From Flaccisagitta enflata (Eukaryota), in NCBI GenBank assembly GCA_965153355.1, contig OZ231126.1, forward strand, positions 35,154,001 through 35,218,000: DNA of 64,000 nt, written 5' to 3'. The translations under genes were made by a program, and so were the position numbers. The notes beneath the pieces were generated by a model. The model ran no database searches. It saw only the letters and a list, made by a program, of their open reading frames with translations, and was not told where the DNA came from. Shown here piece by piece: positions 1 through 14,762 of the stretch (position 1 is the first letter of the stretch; the number at the start of each line of letters is the position of its first letter).

Positions 1-59
1 TTTGTTTGCACCACGAGTGGCAAGACCAACCACAGCGCCGCAGATTAGGAGCAGTGGGA

Positions 60-162
<103 letters not shown>

Positions 163-1221
163 GTCGATTTTCAAACAGAAACAAGAGCTGAGACCAGATC
201 AGACAGACAGACAGACAAGTATAAGGGACAAATAGACACAAAGAAACTTGGACAAACGGACAAATAGGCACTAACAAACAGTATACTGGGAAGTTGACAG
301 CTGGTAGGAGTTCCGGGGCGTTAAAATCACAACCAAGAGAGTAAACAAAATACTGCAAGAGTTGTAACAGTTGGGATACACTATAGACTTGGTATTGAAT
401 AGACTTGATTTGGCGTATACATGATTGTATTTGAGGGAGAATATTGAGAGAACGAGGGGGGAATTGAGTCAGTATCAAGTTGCAAGATTGCGTCAGTTTT
501 ATCGGGGAAAAAGTTGAAGTCAGTCTTCGACTTTTTGACATATTCGAGAGAAACATGGTTTTCATTTTCTTATGCGGAAGTTTAGGAACTCATTAGGGTG
601 ATTGGGGCCTCCAATGAAATTGATAGGTTAAGTAAATTTGATAATTCTCTTTCATTTGGTCCTAAGCAGTATTATCTACGACAAATATTTTTTGAGTTAC
701 AAATTTTTCAATCTTTTTTTATGTAAAATCCAAATTTAATTCTTTTCGATTTTTTACAATTTTGTGTAGGATCAATAGAGAAGTGTATTGATGATTGTTT
801 GAGCATGCAAATACAAGAAAACATTTTCCTGAGTGTATCTGCTCATCTTTGAGGGTGCTTTTGAGTAATCTAGCTCATTTTGCTCATTTAGCTCAATTTT
901 TTTTTAATTTTAAATCGGAAAAATAAATAAATATTTTGATACTTATCTGAGCATGCAAACAGCCCTCTTAAAAGTGGAGTAGCGGGTAGCGCCACTACTC
1001 GGAAGAGAAGAAGATGTGTCGGAAGGTTTTGGCAGAGGAGGAGGAAGAAAAAGAAGAAAAAGAAGGAAGAAATGAAGAAAAAGAAAAAAAAAAAAGAAAA
1101 AAAAAAGAAAAAGAAAGAAAAAGAAAAAGAAAAAGAAAAGAAGAAGGAGGAGGAAAAAAAGAATTAGAAGAAAAGGATAAGGAGAGAAAGAGAGAGAAAG
1201 TGAGAGAGAAAGTGAGAGAGA

Positions 1222-1397
<176 letters not shown>

Positions 1398-1668
1398 CTT
1401 GGAAGAGAATAGGACTTATTAAAGAAGTTCCGACATTCGAAACTATGTTCATAAAAAATGAACTAAGTTCCGACGTCGGAACTTCGTGAAAAAATGAACA
1501 ACAGCTTCTCATTTGACTGTCGGAACTATGTGAAGGAAACATAATTGAGTGAATACTACAAGAAACTGAATTTGATCATTTAAGCAAACTTATAACCACT
1601 CGCAGTGCATTTCATTGTTTTGTTCTGTTCTCTGTTGATTTTGATATCTATCTATCTATCTATGTATG

Positions 1669-1731
<63 letters not shown>

Positions 1732-2224
1732 ATTTATATCTCGCTTTCTCTCTCACCTCTAAAGAATTGAAATATGACTGATTATAGTCTAAATCACGCT
1801 CAGTGAGCAACCAATCAATATCAACATCTTTCAATCTCTAAATCCCAAAAGCTTACACTTTTTTTAAAAGAACATCATTTTCTTTCAAAGGCTTCATGTT
1901 CTTATTTTCAAGGCCAAATGAAGCCTTTAATGTTCTAAGAACACTCTTGATTCAAAGTACTATATAAACTGTAAAAAAACCTAGAATGTAGTTCTATTAT
2001 ACTAAATATACTTCAGGAGCGGAATAGCAATCAAACATCAATTTTTGTTTTTGTTACAGACAGACAGACCAACCGACATAGCAAGTTCAAGATCAAGAGT
2101 CGCGAGTCCGCAACTAAAAACGAGAGGGGAGAGGGACAATGAGATGATCATGACAATGAATGGACATGCAAGGACATGGTTACAGACAGGCAGACAAATA
2201 GACGGAGTAGACAGACAGACAGGC

Positions 2225-2259
<35 letters not shown>

Positions 2260-2609
2260 GAGAGAGAGAGAGAAAGAGAAAGAGAGGGAGAGAGAAAGAG
2301 AGATATTGTCATTTAAGCAAAGTATGAAAGTATGAAAGTGATTGAGTTCACATAGTTTAGACAGAGACGTTGAGGGGGAAAGCACGTAGTTCCGACGTCG
2401 GAACTATGTGTATTTACAACAAACGCATGGATTTCTGACCTGCACTGTCGTAACTACGTGGTTGCCCCGAGAATAGGGTGAGTGGCAGGAGGAAGAAGAA
2501 GAAGAGAAAGAAAAATTAGAAGAAGCAGAAGTAGGGAAGAGCAAGAAAAAGAATAAAAAAAAAAAAAGAATAAGAAAATACAGGAAAAAGAAAACAAACA
2601 GAAGAAAGA

Positions 2610-3243
2610 AATACTCGCAAAAGCGCTACATGGTCAGCGGTACCCGATGCTCCTAAGTTAGTTTATGTGGGAATGAGATTATGAGAGGGGCAGCGGCCCC
2701 GGAGGGGCCAATGACCTATGATTCCACATAGGACAATTTTCTCCGGTTTGAGAAGCTGGTTTGGAGGGCTGAGAGGCCTGATTTGGGGTCTGAAAGGTCT
2801 ATTTTAGGGTTTGAGAGGCGTGGTGTGGGGTCTGAGAGGCTTGATTTGGGGTCTGAAAGGCCTGATTTGGGTCTTAGGGTCTAATTTGGGGTCTGAGAAG
2901 CCTGATTTGGGGTCTGAGGCCTGATTTGGGTCTTAGAGGCCTGATTTGGGGTCTGAGAAGCCTGATCTAGGGTCTGGAAGGCCTGATTTAGGGTGTGAGA
3001 GGCCTGATTTGGGGTGTGAGAGGCCTGATTTGGAGTCTGAGAGGCCTGATTTAGGGTCTGGGAGGCCTGAATTGGGGTCTGAGAGGCCTGATTTGGGGTC
3101 AGAAAGGTCTGATTTTAGGTCTGAAAGGACTGATTTGGAGTGTGAGAGGCCCTATTTGAAGCTTGGGGGAGGGGGGGACGGAAACCAGAGAAAATTGCCC
3201 TATGTAGAATCATAGGTCATTGGCCCCTCCGGGGCCGCTGCCC
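2610..3243. mobile_element. Dispersed non-autonomous repeat family B: ~55-bp inverted repeats around a 21-bp minisatellite
   Basis: GGGCAGCGGCCCC..GGGGCCAATGACCTATG inverted ends with internal (GGGTCTGAGAGGCCTGATTTG)n. Related copies at ~9365-9820, 14060-15143, 20315-20390, 62097-62560 and 63680-63800. Confidence 0.75.
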
Positions 3244-4557
3244 AAAAGAGGAGAAAATGGAGAAAATGGACAGAGTGTGATATCATTGAAAATGCAATTG
3301 TCGGCATCATAATTTTTTTTTATGAGATTAGAATTTTCAGTAAGGGTTACATTTTGATTTTTTTTTTCAGGCAGTCAGTTAAGCAAGTACAGTTTTCTGC
3401 TATGTTCTTGAAAGTCAATAAAAGAAAAAGATTGGGATTTCTTTTAAATTTTGGTGTATTTTCACTAGTGGAGTTGGGTTTTTCATGTCGGAAGACTTGA
3501 AGGGCAAAATCCTGCTACTTGGAAGGAAATCATTTCAAGAGGGCTGCATGCAAATACAAAAAATCATGTCAGTGAGCATAGCTGCTCATCTGTGAGGGTA
3601 TTTTTCAGTATTCTAGCTCACTTAGCTCATTTAGCTTATCTTTTTTCTAATTTTAAATGGGATAATTGAATGTTTTGATACATGTCAGAGCATGCAAATA
3701 CAAGAACATGTCAGTGAGCATGACTGGTCATCTGAGTGAGTGATTTTGAGTATTTTAGCTCATTTGGCTCAGTCCTATTTTTCTCTGATTTTCAGTACAT
3801 TCAATGCATATAATTGCTCTTGATTTCTTCTAACAAATAAAAAATTTGCAGTGACTGAAGATGAGAGCATGGTGAAAAATGACCGATGCTTATGACTTTT
3901 TTCCTCACGGCGATAGCCGCCATTACTGGTACTTGAGAAAAAGAGAAGGAGGAAGAAGAGAAGAAAGGGGAAAGAGAGAGAGGAAGAAGGGTAGATGGAG
4001 GAGGCAATACCTCGGAAGGTAAGTCAGTAACGCATCAAAAGCGACGGACAAAAGCGAAAGAGGAACGCGCCAAAACATACAGTACGATGGGAGCAATAAG
4101 GAACTCAGATGGAGGGTCATTTCCTGCTTCAGTATTTGAATGAAGTACCTTCAACTATGGTTTATCTGAGAGCTAATGGGCGAGAGCCTTGATTGAATAT
4201 AATCTTGTATCTCTTGCTGTAACTGTTGATCAAAAAGAAAAAAAAGTACATCTGCCAGGAATTAAACCTGAGATTCTGAAGAGAGCAAATTTGCTTATTT
4301 AAATAACAGCATTCTACCAACAAAACTATTGCGCATCATGCAATGATGAAAAAATTATCGTCAGTTTTGTTTCAAATCACTTGGTTTGGAATTTTATATT
4401 CATTCAATGCCTTGGACCATAGGCTTTTAGAAAACCACAGCTTTCAGTCCCTCATTCCTATATGGAAGCTGAAGGAGGGCCTCTTTGTACTGCTGTTATT
4501 GCCTCCATTGTACTGTACGGGAGGAATTAAGAAAGATGCCTATTCATGATGAACATG

Positions 4558-4662
<105 letters not shown>

Positions 4663-4784
4663 CGTGTCGATACATCAAGAAAGAGTATGCCGATGTTTCC
4701 TAAAAACAAGCCCCCACGCCACGCCGTTAGTAAGAATAACAACGAAACTGGGGAATAATGGATGCACATCGCGTGAGTATGAAT

Positions 4785-4836
<52 letters not shown>

Positions 4837-4988
4837 TAAGCAGCAGGGGCGGTTTACTCTAAAGTGCCTATCTCCCTTTAAAATTCGAAAACCGTGAAGC
4901 TTCTTCTCAGTGTGTCTGTCTCTCTGCCTCTCTGTCGGTCTCTGTGTGTCTGTCTCTCTGTCTCTGTGACTCTCTGACTCTGTCTGTC

Positions 4989-5217
<229 letters not shown>

Positions 5218-5970
5218 CTCTCTCTCTCTTCCTTTCATCCAAAACCAAGCCGTATGAAATATGTAAATAAGTTCTCAGTCGAATTTCGTGAGTGTTTGAA
5301 GTCTCAACTCTGAGGAATAATTGATCGTCAAAAAATGGGATTGAAAAAAAAATGGCAAAACTGAAAAAAAAAAAAGGGAAATGAGGACTGACTGAAACAA
5401 AAAGAAATCGTTCAACTCACAGTAACTAGTTGAATGATCGATTGATTATCCCGGCATCTTCAGACTATACCCTAACAGATACAAATGGAAGAGTACTTCT
5501 AATCAGATCATTGACATAAAAGAGCACAGAGGAATGTTTTTTTTTAGCTACAGACGATTGGCAAAAATAAATTTGCTTGCCCTGTCTCCGCCCAGTTCTG
5601 TTAAGGATTCTACAGATGATTTATGTTCTTTTTTGTTTTTTCTTCTTCTAGTTTCAGCTAGATTTTGTCTTATTCTTCTTCTTCATCTTCACCTTCTTCT
5701 TCTTCTTCTTCTTCTTCTTCTTCTCCTTCTTCTTCTTCTTCTTCTTCTTCTTCTTCTTCTTCTTCTTCTTCTTCTTCTTCTTCTTCTTCTTCTTCATCTC
5801 TTCTTCTTCTTCTTCTTCTTCTTCTTCATCTTTTTCTTCTTCTTCTGCTGTTTCTCCTTCTGTTTCTTCTTCTTCAGCTTCTTTTCTTTTCGTTCCTTCC
5901 TCCCTGCCGGGTTCATGTGTGGGAATTGGGAAGGTCGCGCGACTTTGGCGTAGAAGTTATCACATCCACC

Positions 5971-6480
5971 ATCTGTCTCTGTCTCTGTCTGATCTCAGTC
6001 GCTCAAAATCACTCTTTGTCTGTCTCTGTTTCTGTCTCAGTCAAAATCTGTCTGTCTCTGTCTGATCTCAGTCGCTTAAAATCACTCTTTGTCTGTCTCT
6101 GTTTCTGTCTCAGTCAAAATCTGTCTGTCTCTGTCTGATCTCAGTCGTTCAAAATTTCTCTTTGTCTGTCTCTGTTTCTGTCTCAGTCAAAATCTGTCTG
6201 TCTCTGTCTGATCTCAGTCGCTCAAAATCTATCTTTGTCTGCCTCTGTTTCTGTCTCAGTCGAAATCTGTCTGGTTCTGTCTGATTTCAGTCGCTCAAAA
6301 TCTCTCTTTGTCTGTCTCTGTTTCTGTCTCAGTCAAAATCTGTTTGTCTCTGTCTGATCTCAGTCGCTCAAAATCTCTCTTTGTCTGTCTCTGTTTCTGT
6401 GTCAGTCAAAATCTGTCTGTCTCTGTCTGATCTCAGTCGCTTAGAATCACTCTTTGTCTGTCTCTCTGTCTCCGTCTTAG
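5971..6480. repeat. 73-bp minisatellite, ~7 copies
   Basis: TCTGATCTCAGTCG recurs at 6061, 6134, 6207 and onward. Confidence 0.85.
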
Positions 6481-7110
6481 TTTCAGTCACTCAAATTACA
6501 TCCATTTCGAGTAAGATTCCTGGGATGATTATTGTGCATTGAATAGAAAACTTTCTTCAGGGAAACAAAAATTCAAGTTAGAATTACATGTTTTAAATCA
6601 TTTGACACTGGTAAAAAGTGCAACAGGATCAGTGAACACAACAAGTGTTAATGAATCTTCATGGATTGGACCAGAAAATCATGATGAGGTCCATACTTGT
6701 CCAGCTAGTAGATGGTGAGTAAAAGAATTGGCTGCTGTGTCTTAGGTAACTCTGTAACTGTCTCAGTCTTTGTCGATGAAAATATCGCTGTCTTTGTCTC
6801 CGTCCCTGTCTCTGTCTCTGTCTCTGTCTCAGTCAACCGAAATCTCTCTGTCTCTGTTTCTCTGACATTTGTCTCTGTCTCTTAACTCAAAATTTTTTTC
6901 TCTCTCTCTGTCTCAGTCACTCTTAAACCCTCTGTCTATGTCTCTATCTCTCTCCCATTCTCTCTCTCTTTGTCTCTGTCTCAATCTGTGTCTGAGTCCA
7001 CAGCTGCGAGTAGCACTCTATCTCCGTCTTCGTGACTTGCTTGTCACTGGATTCAACTTGATCTGACTTCCTCTCTCGCGTCTCAATCCATTTCTCAAAC
7101 TTTTTTTTTC

Positions 7111-7197
<87 letters not shown>

Positions 7198-7206
7198 CTC
7201 TTTTTT

Positions 7207-7249
<43 letters not shown>

Positions 7250-7252
7250 CTT

Positions 7253-7410
<158 letters not shown>

Positions 7411-7507
7411 CTTCTTTTATTCTGTGACGCGGCTTTTTAGTCACCAAACTTCCATTTTGAAAATGAAAAGAAATGGCTGGATGACTGGATGTGAACCTAG
7501 AAGAATG

Positions 7508-7757
<250 letters not shown>

Positions 7758-10163
7758 GAAACAAAGGGGAAAGGGTTAAGTCTGGCTCCAAGCTAAAAAG
7801 AAGATGATGAAAGCCAATTAGGTTTAAAATGACGATCTGCCAACCTGCATTTGTGAAATGAATTGATGCCGGACGGCCGGTTTGTCATATTTTTTTGCTA
7901 TTTCGCAATTTTTAGTTTTTTCGTCTTTCCGCGTACTACCTGGTAGCCTTGTCATTCTGGCCTGACACCCCCCTCCCCCCAAGTGACACAGAGATATTGT
8001 GGGGGCAGTAGTGCCCTCTGCGTTTCTTTCCAACTCTAAGACTATGTCCAATTGTTCTCGTCACTTGATAGTGATTCTGATTCCATGCCAAAAGTCGCCC
8101 GTTGAATTCACTTTAGACGTCAGCATTTCAGTAACCCCGGGAAAACCACCCAAGATACTGCAACCCCCACAACATCCCTGCGTCATTTAGGGGGAATGGG
8201 GGTTCAGGCTGGAAGGACGAAGCTGCCAAGTCGTCCAATAGACAAAAACAAGCGACGCGGGGTCACAATATCGTTGCGGACGGGTGGGCAGGGGCATCCA
8301 ATTCCCATCCGCACCCCATGCCATCAACACACATACCCATAAAAGCATCCAAAACGGTCATTTTTCCACTTTTCGACTTGTGGGTTACGGACAGACCGAC
8401 GGACCGACGGACGGACAAAGCCTCCTATAGAGTTACGTGTCCGCAACTGAAAAAACAAAAAAAAAAAACGGGAAGTTACATTACAAACAGATTACTGAAA
8501 AAGGCCGAACGATGATGCGACACTTTTTATCAGTGCAGTTCGGAACAGTCAATCTGCAGAAAGAAAGAATACGTACCCAATGGAAAATATTAAAGATTTC
8601 ATCTTCAACTGCTGGAAAAGGCACATTGAATATTTTTGGAAGGTCTTTCAGTTTTAACAACGAAACAGAAGAAAAGAACTGAACTGACGACGTCTGGCCG
8701 AACGGCAAAAGAAAAGAGAAGAGAAGTGAAAGGAAGAGAAGAGAAGAGAGGATAAGAAAAGAGCAGAGAAGAAAGGAGAAGAGAGGAGAAGAAAAGAGCA
8801 GAGAAGAAAGGAGAAGAGAAGAGAGGAGAAGAGAAGAGAAAAGAAGAGAAGAGAAAAGAAGAGAAGAGAAAAGAAGAGAAGAGAAGATAAGATAAGATAA
8901 GAGAAGAGAAGAACTGAACTAACAGCATCAGGCCAAATGGCAAAAGAGAAGAGAAGAGAAGAGAGGAGAAGAAAAGAGAAGAGAAGAGGCGAAAGGAGAC
9001 GAGACGAGAAGAGAAGAGAAGAGAAGAGAAGAGAAGAGAAGAGAAGAGAAGAGAAGAGAAGAGAAGAGAAGAACTGAACTAACGACGCCAGGCCTAACTG
9101 CGTGCCTCTTTCACCACCATAATCTTCAACTTGAGACGAGTAAAGAACCGGGAAAGTAAACCGAAAAAAAAAGTAAATCGATGCCGTAAACTTAGAATGG
9201 AACTAAGACACACAATCTTGTTTTTACAAAAAGGAAAAATGGCCTCTCTTCTCTTTCGTGCTATCTCCTTTTTCCGTTGTATTTTTAGTCGCGTTCTAGA
9301 CAACTCTACACCCCGCTTTGTTGGTCTGTCGGTCCGTTGGTTGGTCGGTTTGTCAATCCCCTTTTGGGCAGCGGCCCCAAAGGGGTCGATGACCTCTGCT
9401 TTCACACATATGGGGAATTCTCTCCTCCTTCTCCTTCTTCTTCTTCTCCTTCTTTGTTCCCCCCTCAAATCCCAGTCTCGTGGCCCAAATCCCAGCTAAG
9501 AGGCCTAGGTCCCAGCCTCAAGGCCCAATTCCCAGCCTCCAGGCTAGGATTTAGGCCTTGAGGCTAGGATTTGGGTCTCAAGGCTGGGATTTGGGCCTTG
9601 AGCTTCAAAACTGAAATTTTGGCCTCGAGACTGGGATTTGAGGGGGTGGGACAGCGGAGGAGAAGAAGAAGGAGATGGAGGAGAAAATTCCCTATATGTG
9701 TGAAAGCATAGGTCATCAACCCCTTTGGGGCTGCTGCCCTGCTTCCTCTTCAACTTCATGCCCAAACTACTTTGGCAGGGCACGGATACCGCTGACCATC
9801 TAACGCTTTTGCGACTATTTACTTTTAAGCGTTTTTGAGTGTTTGAGCTTACTGCTGCTGCCCAAATGCCCAAGTGACCTCTATCACTGCTCCTGCCCAC
9901 ACGCACGCGACTGGGGAAGCCGTGTATCCGGCCTTGTTTTTTTTTCAGACGGGGAAAAGTGACTCCTTAGGAACGTTGTGATCGCCGGTTCGTTCCTCTG
10001 TCCATCCGTCTATGGGTCCGTCACATTGTTGAATTGCGTACATTTTCTTATAATTTTCTCATGATGTCTGAAGCAAACCTAAGGGGTCCACTGTCAAGTA
10101 TGTACGATTTTTTGTGGTTCTTCTTCTGCCCAACCGTCCGCGATTAATAGCCTGTGTTGGGTT

Positions 10164-10277
<114 letters not shown>

Positions 10278-10803
10278 CCTCATCACAAGATTGCCACGAA
10301 ATTGTCTCCAAATCTGGGCAAAGAGTTTCTCTCAACTTCGGCAAAATAAGAAAAAATAATGAAAAAAAGAAAAAAAAGAAATGAAGCGATGATTGTAAAA
10401 TCTTTTGGTGATCCGTGGTTTCCTCAAAGTCACGTAGAACTCAAACAACTCAAACAACAAAATCAAGGCACATACGTTGAGATTCCTTCTTGTCCTCCCC
10501 CAATGGTCCATTCATCTCTCCGCTTGTTACGTTCCTCCGTCTTAATTGTCACCTAGAAAATCTACATTCATTTACATCTCATTCAAAAAGAACAAAAATT
10601 GACTAGATTAACCAGCGAAAAGCGACCAGTTTTACCTGCGACAGTATCGCATAATTTGAAAACCCAATGTGTTATTTTGATTATAGCGTCCGTTTTCTTC
10701 AACATAGAATGCGACAGTCCAAACACCAATCGCAATTCAAAGGGCAAAAGGCTAATTATCCATGTTTGAATGAAGAAAAGTGAAGAGTGTAGCTATGTCT
10801 AAT

Positions 10804-11400
10804 CAGGGTCCGACAAAATTTTTTGCTGCCTACGAGCAAAAAATTTCTACTGGTCCCTGCCTACAAAACATGCGTATGATTTTCGCATAATTTCAGTGAC
10901 AAACAAAATTGATAGCAATCTGCAGTACATCAACCAAATGAATTTTGTGGGCAGGAATCATCTTAAAAACCTGATCATTTTCTTGACATGACCTTATATA
11001 GGTAGGACTTAATAAAATATTGTGTATGAAAAAAGTCCTTCGCTAAAGAAGATTTATATAAGCAATTCTACATCTATGTATCATTTGCTATTTGTTTACC
11101 ATGAATTTTAAAGGCAAAACTTTGTAGGCAGGAATTAATCAAATTTCACAATGTTTGAAATCTTTATTCTGTAATACCAGTTACTATCACAAACATTCTG
11201 TAAGCAGGTATTATTAGTTGGGCAATATCATCAATCAATCTTTTCCTTCCTTTTCCCCTTTTTTTCCCCTCTTCCTTTCTCTTTTTCCCTCTTTCTTTTC
11301 ATCTCTTCTTATACCCCCACTTTTCTTTCCTCTGCTGCCTACAAGACTGCTCGCTGCCTTGGAGCATTGCTCCCGTGCTCCCGCACTTTGTCGTACCCTG
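10804..11400. mobile_element. hAT-type MITE, copy 1 (597 bp)
   Basis: TIRs CAGGGTCCGACAAA / TTTGTCGTACCCTG; perfect 8-bp TSD TGTCTAAT. Confidence 0.92.
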
Positions 11401-11487
11401 TGTCTAATTGAGTAATGAGTATCGATGTGATTACGAAAGCAGCATGATACGTTTGAATCATTTTGTTCTATGCATGAGTGCGAAATA

Positions 11488-11991
11488 CATGGTGTTTCAT
11501 GCCAAATTAGATATAAGGAAACACTGCCATTCTGCTTTTAAAAATTCTAAGAAAAGATTCAAACAGCGCTTAAGCTCCAATTTTTTGTGTAAAAATTTCA
11601 AGGGTTTAGGTCAAATATCTTGACCACAACATCAATTTGAAATAAAATGAAGCTCTTTTAAAATGATTTTGATTTTAAAGTTCATCTTTGAAGTGCTCTC
11701 ACTTCTAAATGGCTTGAGTTACAGATGCCCGATTGGTCTCAAATTAAAGCTTAATGGCGTCTGTGGCACAAGCCGTTTCAAAATGAAAGTACTTCAAAGA
11801 CGTACTTTTAAAATCAAAATTATTTTAAAACAGCTTCTCTTTTAAATGCTCATTGTACTTCAAATTGATGTTGTGGCAAAAATATTTGACCCAAACCCAT
11901 GAAATTTCTACACAAAAAATTGGAGCTTAAGTGCTCTTTGAATCTTTTTTTCAGAACTAGTTTTGTATTTTTAGAAGCATGAAACACCCTG
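11488..11991. mobile_element. Palindromic Tc1/mariner-type MITE
   Basis: TA|CATGGTGTTTCATGC ... GCATGAAACACCCTG|TA with long imperfect inverted arms; related to 13416-13967. Confidence 0.7.
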
Positions 11992-12251
11992 TAGTGTTAA
12001 TCAGTGAGCTTAACAACAAATAAACAACTGCCTGAGGGTATAAACTTCATCGACCCGCTGTTTGCCAAATAAAAGATATGTTGTGTAAAAAGAATAAAAA
12101 AGGAAGAATAGAAATGGAACAAAGAGATAAAATACAGAAGCCAAAAGAAATTGAAAAAAAAAAAGATAGCAAAATGGACTTTTTCTTTGGGTTTGGAATT
12201 GGCGTGCGCAAAGCAGCGGGGAAAAAAAGAGGGGGAAAAAGAGAGAGAGAG

Positions 12252-12349
<98 letters not shown>

Positions 12350-12543
12350 GAACACGTAGAGAAAATAAGAATGAAATGAAATGATGAACATTTTGGTTGA
12401 GGGAGATGGCATAAAGATAAGGCAGAAGAAGAAGAAGAAGCAGAAGAAGAAGAAGAAGAAGAAGAAGAGGAAAAAGAAGAAGATAAGAAGAAGAAGAAGA
12501 AGAAGAAAAAGAAGAAGAAGAAGAGGAAGAAGAAGAAGAGGAA

Positions 12544-12578
<35 letters not shown>

Positions 12579-12742
12579 AGAAGAAGAAGAAGAAGAAGAA
12601 GAAGAAGAAGAAGAAGAAGAAGAAGAAGAAAAAGAAGAAGAAGGAGAAGAAGAGGAAGAAGAAGATGGTGAAGAAGAAGACGAAGAAGAAGTAAAAGAAG
12701 AAGAATAAAAAGAAAGAGAACAAGGTAAAGAAAAAGAAAAAA

Positions 12743-12773
<31 letters not shown>

Positions 12774-13415
12774 AGAAGAAGAAGAAGAAGAAGAAGAAGA
12801 AGAAGAAGAAGACGAAGAAGAAGAAGAAGAAGAAGAAGAAGAAGAAAAAGAAGAAGAAGAAGAAGAAGAAGAAGAAGAAGAAGAAGAAGAAGAAGAAGAA
12901 GAAGAAGAAGAAGAAGAAAATAGGAAATAGAAAATAGAAAATGGAAAAATAGGGGCATGGAAAGAGAAAATGGGACAATTTTTTTAGGGCTGGCAAAAAA
13001 AAAAATAGAAGCTACGCCTTTAGTCCACAGGCGGCCGAATGAAGCAACGCGCTGGAAGGCACGTTCCAAAGGAAAACCCTGAAAATTGACACGAGCCTAT
13101 AAAAGAATAATGTTTACATCGTCTTGTTGGGCTCTCAAACAGGCCGAAACGCCGACGCCGAGAAACACACACACACAAAGGGCGTGTTTCTAGTGAAGAT
13201 GAAAAACGCGTTTGTGCCCGTGAAACGAGATAACAGTGTGAACACATATTCAAGAATTTCAACTGTCCCACGAGGGAGTGAGCGAAGTGAGTGAGTGAGC
13301 CCGTGAACGGAGGGTAGCGAAGTGGAGCGCTGCAGAGCGAGTGAGTGGAGGAGCGGCGAGAGCGAACGAACGTAGCGAGCGACCAGTGGCAGGTTCAAAC
13401 GCGATTAACGACATA

Positions 13416-13967
13416 CAGGGTGCACACCAAATGATATGAAAACATGTTATTCTGCTTTAAAAATAATGAAACAAAACTGAAAATAGATTCATAGAGCCCT
13501 TAAACTCCGATTTTTCATGTAAAAATTTCATTGGTCTGGGTCAAGTAGTTTGGCCTCAGCAAAGATTCGAAAGAAAATGAACATTTTTAATTTTTTTCAT
13601 CCTAGAGATTTTTCTTTAAATCGCTCTCATTTCTAAACGGTTAGAGCTACAGATGCCAGATTGGACTCAAATGAAAGAAAATTTAAAAATCTTTAATATG
13701 AGATCAATCTGGCATCTGTAGCTCTAACCGTTAAGAAATGAGAGCGATTTAAAGAAAAATTTCTAAGATGAAAAAAACCTTGACTGAAAATGTTCATTTT
13801 TTTTCAAATCTTTGCTGAGGCCAAACTACTTGACCCAGACCAATGAAATTTTTACACAAAAAATCGGAGTTTAAGGGCTCTATGAATCTATTTTCAGAAT
13901 TGTTTCATTATTTTTAGAAGCAGAATGACATCGTTTTCTTATATATCATTTGGTGTGAAACACCCTG
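13416..13967. mobile_element. Palindromic (foldback) Tc1/mariner-type MITE
   Basis: TA|CAGGGTG ... CACCCTG|TA; the whole element is a near-perfect inverted repeat centred near 13690. Confidence 0.85.
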
Positions 13968-14165
13968 TAGAAACGCCCTCAAAGACGGAGATGGATACAT
14001 GAGAAGGAAGAGAATTACGAGATGGAAAGGAAGGAGAAGAAGGAAAATGAGGAGAGAGGAATAGGCGCAAAAGCGTCAGATGGTCAGCGTTACCCGTTGC
14101 ACCTACGTTAGTGTATATCAGATGTGGAGGTGAGAGGGGAAGAGGCCCCGAGGGAGCCAATGACC

Positions 14166-14762
14166 CAGGGTACGACAAAGTGCGGGAGCACGGGAGCAAT
14201 GCTCCAAGGCAGCGAGCAGTCTTGTAGGCAGCAGAGGAAAGAAAAGTGGGGGTATAAGAAGAGATGAAAAGAAAGAGGGAAAAAGAGAAAGGAAGAGGGG
14301 AAAAAAAGGGGAAAAGGAAGGAAAAGATTAATTGATGATATCGCCCAACTAATAATACCTGCTTACAGAATGTTTGTGATAGTAACTGGTATTACAGAAT
14401 AAAGATTTCAAACATTGTGAAATTTGATTAATTCCTGCCTACAAAGTTTTGCCTTTAAAATTCATGGTAAACAAATAGCAAATGATACATAGATGTAGAA
14501 TTGCTTATATAAATCTTCTTTAGCGAAGGACTTTTTTCATACACAATATTTTATTAAGTCCCACCTATATAAGGTCATGTCAAGAAAATGATCAGGTTTT
14601 TAAGATGATTCCTGCCCACAAAATTCATTTGGTTGATGTACTGCAGATTGCTATCAATTTTGTTTGTCACTGAAATTATGCGAAAATCATACGCATGTTT
14701 TGTAGGCAGGGACCAGTAGAAATTTTTTGCTCGTAGGCAGCAAAAAATTTTGTCGGACCCTG
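14166..14762. mobile_element. hAT-type MITE, copy 2 (597 bp, inverted relative to copy 1)
   Basis: Near-identical reverse complement of 10804-11400; 8-bp TSD CAATGACC; nested in an older repeat. Confidence 0.92.

Noticed and set aside
2946-3215. ERPDLGS heptad-repeat ORF
   Set aside because: Translation of the 21-bp minisatellite inside a dispersed repeat.
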